Below are positions 57,525-64,000 of a stretch of DNA of 64,000 bases, one piece after another (the stretch's first letter is position 1; each line of letters starts with the position of its first letter). The notes below the pieces were generated by a model. It was not told where the DNA came from and did not search any database. It worked only from the letters and a program-made list of their open reading frames with translations. Made by a program: the position numbers and the translations under genes. Origin of the DNA: Eledone cirrhosa. Lineage: Eukaryota. The DNA lies in assembly GCA_964016885.1 (NCBI GenBank), contig OZ024745.1, positions 46,314,001 through 46,378,000 of the forward strand. The letters run 5' to 3'.

Positions 57525-59228
57525 ATGTTCACTCAAAGCAGAGGCCTCACTCTCCAGTTGGTCCTCTTCGTAATCCCCACACAAGCCAGGTTACTGACGA
57601 CCCCAAGGAATGCGCAGAGCTCATTGCTGAATGTTATGCAGACATTTTCACTATTGAAGACCAGAGTACCATCTCCACCATCTATGACACCGGATTCTAT
57701 TACAACCATGGAATTTACACCTGCAATGCTGCGACGTCACCTAAAAATTAAACGCAACCATGCCTCTCCTGGTCTTGATGGTGTTACATACCTGCTTCTT
57801 AAACGTGGTGGGTACTTCCTTCTGCACCAGTTATCACACTTCTTCCAATTCTGTCTGAACAACAGTGCTACTCCAGAACAGTGGAAAACTGCCAGTGTCA
57901 TTCTTCTGTTCAAAAAGGGTGACCGCACATCACCTGTGAACTATCGTCCAGTCAGTCTTACTAGTTGCATTTCCAAACTGATGGAATCCTGTGTCAGAGA
58001 AAAACTTTGGAACTTCTGGAGCTCTCACAGTCTTATCCGGCCCTCGCAATTTGGATTTATCCCCAACTCCAGCTGCTGTGATCAACTTATCGAGTTTCTT
58101 GAGGACATCACCCGGATCACTGATGGCGGCTCATGGGTGGATGTTGTTTACCTTGACTTTGCGAAAGCCTTCAATTCTGTGCCACACAAAAGGCTTATGG
58201 CAAAACTCTCTGCAATAGGTGTGAAGGATGATCTTTTTAACTGGTTGAAGTCCTTCATTCTCAGTCGAAGAGAGGTAGTCACGGTTCTGGGACAGCATTC
58301 CTCACCATATGAGATGTCATCTGGTGTACCACAGAGATCTGTTCTTGGCCCCCTTTTGTTTGTGGCATATATTAATGACATAGATGCCAACTTAAAGAAT
58401 GCCACAGTACTAAAGTATGCAGATGACATCAAGCTGTACCTTGAGATAAAAAGGACAGATCCTGAACACTATAGATCTTGCTTGCAGTCTGACCTGGACA
58501 CAATGCAACAATGGATCTCAGACTGGCAACTCAAGCTAGCTGTGGACAAGTGCACCACCATGCATTTTGGGAGTAAAAACCCAGCGTCCACATACTCCCT
58601 CCACAGCACTAATATCAAGAAGTCTTCTTGTGAATGTGACCTGGGCATTACGGTCAGCAGCGATTTGCGTTGGATGAAGCACATCTCTAAAATTGTCAAG
58701 AGGGCCGAGGGTGTCTTAGCATCACTCAGCAAGACCTTTGTCAGCTGCTCTCCAGATATCTATTTAAGGCTGTACATGGCTATGGTGCAGCCACACTTAG
58801 AATTTGCATCACCAGTCTGGTACCCCTATCTTGCTCAGAACATTGACCGCCTGGAAACTGTTCAGAGACGTGCAACCAAGCGAATACCCTCCATCAGGCA
58901 TCTACCATACTCTGAACTCCTTGCTTCCCTAGGCATGGATACATTGAAGCTCCGACGCCTGGCAACTGACTTGGTAAACACCCACAAAATTGTTAACCAT
59001 CTTGCCAACAACAACCCTGAGTACCTTTTTGATTTCCATGTGTCTAACACATGTGGACATGCCCACAAAGTCAGAAAACAGCACAGTTCCCATGACTTTC
59101 GGAAACATTTTTTCACGCTCAGAGTTGCTGAAGCATGGAACAAACTACCTGCATCAGTTGTTAGCTGTCGAGACACTGCATCCTTTAAGGCCTCCATGCT
59201 TCCCGAGATCCGCCAACACTACAGCTAA
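57525..59228 (+). CDS. CR1-type LINE reverse transcriptase fragment
   Basis: NYRPVSLTS, YLDFAKAF, SGVPQRSVLGP, YADD, LETVQRRATK, FFTLRVAEAWN. Confidence 0.88.
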   Translation: MFTQSRGLTLQLVLFVIPTQARLLTTPRNAQSSLLNVMQTFSLLKTRVPSPPSMTPDSITTMEFTPAMLRRHLKIKRNHASPGLDGVTYLLLKRGGYFLLHQLSHFFQFCLNNSATPEQWKTASVILLFKKGDRTSPVNYRPVSLTSCISKLMESCVREKLWNFWSSHSLIRPSQFGFIPNSSCCDQLIEFLEDITRITDGGSWVDVVYLDFAKAFNSVPHKRLMAKLSAIGVKDDLFNWLKSFILSRREVVTVLGQHSSPYEMSSGVPQRSVLGPLLFVAYINDIDANLKNATVLKYADDIKLYLEIKRTDPEHYRSCLQSDLDTMQQWISDWQLKLAVDKCTTMHFGSKNPASTYSLHSTNIKKSSCECDLGITVSSDLRWMKHISKIVKRAEGVLASLSKTFVSCSPDIYLRLYMAMVQPHLEFASPVWYPYLAQNIDRLETVQRRATKRIPSIRHLPYSELLASLGMDTLKLRRLATDLVNTHKIVNHLANNNPEYLFDFHVSNTCGHAHKVRKQHSSHDFRKHFFTLRVAEAWNKLPASVVSCRDTASFKASMLPEIRQHYS

Positions 59229-59526
59229 TGTTCCCCCTCCATACACATACACACATGTATACCATGACTCATACACTATTCACTTCCCTGACATTTGTGT
59301 ATTATTCTATGTACTATACATATACCTTTGACGAATTGTAGTGCACCTGAGCACTTTACACAATAATTTCATTATTATTATTATGTGCACAAGCATACAA
59401 ATCTGAAATAAACTGAAACAAAAAACTGTGGATAAAGACATGCAAATCTAACCCCTCACTGAGGTCTAGAGAGTTGTTAGATTTGCATGGCCTTCTTAAT
59501 ATTTTGCTAATTTATTGTTATTACTA

Positions 59527-59830
59527 TTTGGCAGAATCGGTAGAGGGTCGGACACCATGCTTTGCAGCAAGGAGTTACGGCCCTTTATGGTGTGAGTTCA
59601 AATCCCGCGGAGGTTAACTTTGCCTTTCATCCTTATGGGGTCGATAAAATAAAGTACCAGTAATACACTGAGATAATTGCTGGCCTTGTGCCAAAAGTAG
59701 AAACAGTTATTATTATTCTAGGGCAGTAGATTGGAAGAATCGGTAGAGCATCAGACACCATGCTTTGAAGCATAGAGTTATGTTCCTTTATGTTCTGAGT
59801 TCAAATCCCACCAAGATTAGCTTTGCCATC
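59527..59830 (+). mobile_element. Two tandem SINE family 1 copies (the second truncated)
   Basis: Aligns with 1883-2075. Confidence 0.8.
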
Positions 59831-59833
59831 CTT

Positions 59834-62700
59834 CATCATCATCATCATCACCGTTTTATGTGCGTTCTTCCATGCTAGCATGGGTTAGACGGGTTGTCCT
59901 GTTGTGGGCAGTGTCTGGTCGGCTGACCTTGTCTTGCTCATACGGGAACTGATTCTGGCTTGATTTCTACAGCTGGATGCCCTTCCTAACACCAACCTCA
60001 TTTACAGTGAGTGATGGGTGCTTTTTTTCCATGGCGCCTACAAGTCCACTTTACAGTGTGGGCTGGGTGCTTTTTTGCTGTGGCACCTCCACGACCACTT
60101 TGCAGTGGAAGGGTGTGGGAGCATATTGACTATAGCTTCAGCTTCGGCTTGTATCCGTGGGGGGGTCGGGTCTTCTGTATTACTGCATGACGCCAGAGGT
60201 CACGGTCATGTGTCATCGCCTTTGAGAGGTGTAATTGGGTAAGGTCGGCTTTTATCACCTCATCCCAGGTCTTCTTGGGTATCCCCACTCCATGGTTTAC
60301 ATCGACTTCTACTGCTCTGCACCTTTTTATGCAGCTGTCATCCTTCATACGCATCACATGTCCATATCAACACAACCACCTCTCCTGCACACAGCATTTG
60401 ATTCCTCTTATGCTCAGTCTCTCTCTCAATTCATTTATGCTTTGCCGTTCGCGTATATTACTATTACACATCCATCGGAGCATGCAAGCTTCGTTTCTTT
60501 CTAATCTACGCAAGTCTTCCACAGACAGCGCCCAGGTCTCACTACCATGTAACATTGCTGTTCGTATACATGCATCATACAGTCTGCCTTTCATTTTGAG
60601 GGAAAAGCCTTTTGCAGCTAGCAGTGGCAGTAGCTCCCTAAACTTCTTCCATCCCGTTCTTACCCTAGTTATTGTACTTTCCGAACACCCACCTCCGCTG
60701 CTAATTCGGTCACCTAGGTAGCAGAAGCTGTCTACTGTTTCTACAGAGCCCTCCCAGAGTTTTGTGGTACTTGTTTCCTGTGGCTGTTTGCTGCTTGTTG
60801 TCGCAGCACAGCTGCTACATGTGAAGCCTACATTCTTAGTTAAGCTTCCTGAGATCCTGCTACATCTCTTGTGTACCCATTGTTTGCATTTGGGGCAGAG
60901 AATGGAGTTCCTACTTACACCTTTCCTACATACTGAGCAAGGCCATTTCCCTGAGGGGATCTGGGTTCTGTTTTCTCGTCTACTTACAAGGACCTTAGTC
61001 TTTGTCAGGTTGACTTTGAGACCCTTTCTTTCTAGTCCCTGCTTCCAAGTTTGGAATTTCTTCTCTTGTTCTACCATAGATTCAGCTATAAGTGCGAGGT
61101 CATCTGCATACAGGAGTTCCCATGGGCATCTGGTCTTAAACTCCTCCGTTATTGCCTGCAGGACTATGATGAACAGGAGAGGGCTAAGAACAGAGCCCTG
61201 GTGGACACCGACCTGTATGCTAAATTCCTCACTATACTCATTGCTAATCCTAACTTTGCTGACTGCTCCCCTATACATGGCTTGTACAGCTTTCACAAGC
61301 CATTCATCTACTCCTAGTTTTCTAAGAGCCCACCAGATTATAGCACGGGGAACTCTGTCAAAGGCTTTCTCGAGATCAACGAATGTCATGTAGAGTGGCT
61401 TACTTTTAGCTAGGTACTTTTCCTGTAACTGCCTCACAAGGAAGAGGGCATCAGTGGTGCCTCTTCCTGGCACAAACCCAAATTGCATCTCACCTAGTTT
61501 CACCCGGTCCCTAATCAACTGTGCTATAACTCTTTCTATTACTTTCATGACCTGGTCCATCAGCTTTATACCTCTATAGTTTCCTCTATCTAGTGCATCA
61601 CCTTTACCTTTGTAGCAGTTGACAATGATGCTACTGCACCAATCCTTTGGTATGACACCCTCTAGTATTACCTGGTTAACAATACGTGTGGTTATGGTGT
61701 GACCTACCGACCCAGATGCCTTCAGCATCTCGGCAGCTATACCCGATGGACCAGTTGCCTTCCCCGTCTTCATATCTTTGATTGCCTTACTTACTACGGT
61801 GCTGCTGACTTGTACTGCTGGCCCATATATAGGGTCTACTTGGGGTAGGGTCTCTTCTTCCCATGCATTCTCCTCATTTAGTAATCTATCATAATGGCTC
61901 TTCCATGCATCTTTCTTCTCAGCACTTGTGAGGGCAAGCTCACCTTTATCATTCCGGATACACTTCTCTCCAATGACATCACAATTCTCTCTGACACACT
62001 GCCTCGCAATCTTGAACACCTCCTGTTTCTGGTCCTCACGTTGCAAAACATGCTTGAATTTTCTATCCTCTGCTTCCCTCTTAGCTAAGTATACTTGTCG
62101 CCTAGCTTCCCTCCTGGTCTCTATGTAATGTACTCTGCTTCCCCCGTTCTTCCATCCTTTCCATGCCTGTCTCTTGGCCTTAACTGACTCATCTACCTTA
62201 TTGTTCCACCACCAAGTCACTCTCCTCCTGCCTGTGGTCTTACTCCAGCCACAGATCTCATCCGTCGCCTTTAGTAATCTATTTTTTAGGAACTCCCAGT
62301 GCTCTTCTACATTGAATGTCTCTATCTGTTCTTCTTTACTGTCATAGGCGTTGAGTTAAATATCTTTAAATCTGGTACTGGCTGAGGGGTCTTTCAACTT
62401 CCAGATCTTTCTTCTCCAGGTTGGCTTCTGTTTCCAGGTTCATCTAGTTCTGACCGTGAGGTCGCTGACAACTAAGCTATGTTGGGAGGTACATTCCTCA
62501 CTAGGGAAGGTTTTTGTGTTTACGACCGCCCATCTATCACGTCCTCTGATGAGGATAAAATCTATCTGACTAGAATGCTCCCTTGATCTATAGGTGATCA
62601 AGTGGTTGTCGGGTTTTTTGAAGTTTGTGTTATATATCGATATGTCATTGGCGTCGCAGAATTTTAGAAGCCTGAATCCTTCTTCATTTCTTGTGCCAAC
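59834..62700 (-). mobile_element. RTE subfamily B; longest copy (endonuclease C-terminus, RT ORF 60367-62220, 3'UTR); disrupted
   Basis: SQIDFIL and QHSLVVSDL endonuclease remnants, YADD RT, PHD-like insert, premature stop. Confidence 0.92.
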
Positions 62701-62899
62701 CCCCCCATGGGATCAATTTAATCGACTTTCCTCTCCCCCAAAATTGCTGGCCTTATGCCTATAGTAGAAATTATCATCATCATCGTTTAACATCCACGCT
62801 AGCATGGGTTAGGCGGGTTTGTCCCACTTGAGGCATGATTGGTCGGTTCACCGTGTCTCACTCATATAGAACTGTTTCATTATTATTTTTATTATTTTT

Positions 62900-63205
62900 A
62901 AGGGTGATGAATTGGCAGTATCGGTAGAGGGTCGGACACCATGCTTTGCAGCACAGTTACGTCCCTTTACGGACTGAGTTCAAATCCCGCCGAGGTTAAC
63001 TTTGCCTTTCATCCTTACGGGGTCGATAAAATAAAGTACCAGCAATGCACTGGGTATTTGCTGGCCTTGTGCCATAAGTAGAAATAATTATTATTTTTAT
63101 TATTATTATTAAGGGCAATAGATTGGCAGTATCAGTACGGCATCAGACAACATGCTTTGTAGCATATAGTTATGGCCCTTTACATTCTGAGTTCAAATCC
63201 CTCAA
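62900..63205 (+). mobile_element. SINE family 1 copy plus a truncated second copy
   Basis: Aligns with 1883-2075. Confidence 0.8.
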
Positions 63206-63229
63206 AATTATTTTCAAAGGACTTTGTTT

Positions 63230-63665
63230 CAGTCACCAACTTTACAACCTCAGGTTGGTTCTTCCCTGAGGGACGCATCCCTTGCTGACCCACTTGACAG
63301 ATGATGCAGTATAATTTGTTTCTAGTCTGCATTTTATATGACGAATCCATTTTAACCTTACTGGCAAGGAGTGATTTTCCTCTAGACAGATTCACTTCAA
63401 CAAGCTTTTGGGTCAGGTCAGGTGTGTAGCCATACTCACTACGCTTGGCCAGTTGCATTTTGGTGAGGCTATTTAACCCATAGTTGAGGTGGATGGCCAT
63501 TGACTCTGAGGAATTCATCTCTCATTTTAACAGTTGATTTTTTGTGCTGTTGGGGTTCCACTTACCCTCCTCCCCCGACCAGAGTCTGGTGGGGGAGCCG
63601 GTTTAGTGTCCGACCACTCGACCATGAAGCCTGTTGTACTGGGTTACATGGTACCAGTAGCAGGC
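63230..63665 (-). mobile_element. Decayed repeat related to 21075-21252, possibly an RTE 5'UTR
   Basis: Shared tactggta.catgtaacccagtacaac and gagtcaa.ggccatcc blocks. Confidence 0.4.
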
Positions 63666-64000
63666 AGAAGCCTGACCTGACTATAATTTCACATATAAAG
63701 CTATGGTAAAAGATATTTGCTTAAGATGTCCAACAGTGGGATCGAACCTGGAACCTAATGATTGCAAAATGAATTTCTTAATCATTCGGCCATGCTGCAT
63801 CCACAAAGATATCAGTAACAGTTGGGGGAATGAAGTATTTTTTGGTCTTGAAGAGAAGAGCCAGTCATTGGCATATGGTCCCTGCTATATACATTGACCA
63901 GGGAAGATGCTCGGTGATTGTGAGACCTAACATCAAAAGAGATCGCGCGATATCAAGCTGTGTATTACTCATGCTTAAAATATGATAGTATTTTTGTTTT

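Larger units (their letters stand above)
57085..59385 (+). mobile_element. CR1-type LINE, 5'-truncated and frameshifted
   Basis: ORFs 57467-57751 and 57525-59228; 3'UTR ending in (ATT)n. Confidence 0.9.

Overview
AT-rich, repeat-saturated eukaryotic (animal) DNA; the RTE/CR1 LINE, tRNA-SINE and microsatellite content resembles a coleoid cephalopod such as Octopus, but that is inference. I cannot support any host gene. The window holds: about 11 5'-truncated RTE-clade LINE copies from 3 subfamilies, whose RT carries an inserted PHD-type Cys/His finger; two CR1-type LINE copies; two tRNA-derived SINE families; MITE/Helitron-like DNA elements; and mini- and microsatellites. The main feature is a Penelope-like retroelement (PLE; RT plus GIY-YIG ORF) framed by about 2-kb inverted repeats, each carrying a hammerhead ribozyme (HHR) fold. 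About ten unrelated short inserts, nearly all embedded in (TA)n and often arranged as head-to-head inverted pairs, also carry HHR-like motifs. These include recurrent non-canonical cores (U3-A8 UUGAAAA, GCAA, CAGAAGA). A separate 510-530-bp element occurs as different circular permutations. Most ORF-track entries are microsatellite translations or antisense shadows. All RNA folds were read by eye; coordinates are approximate to within a few bases.
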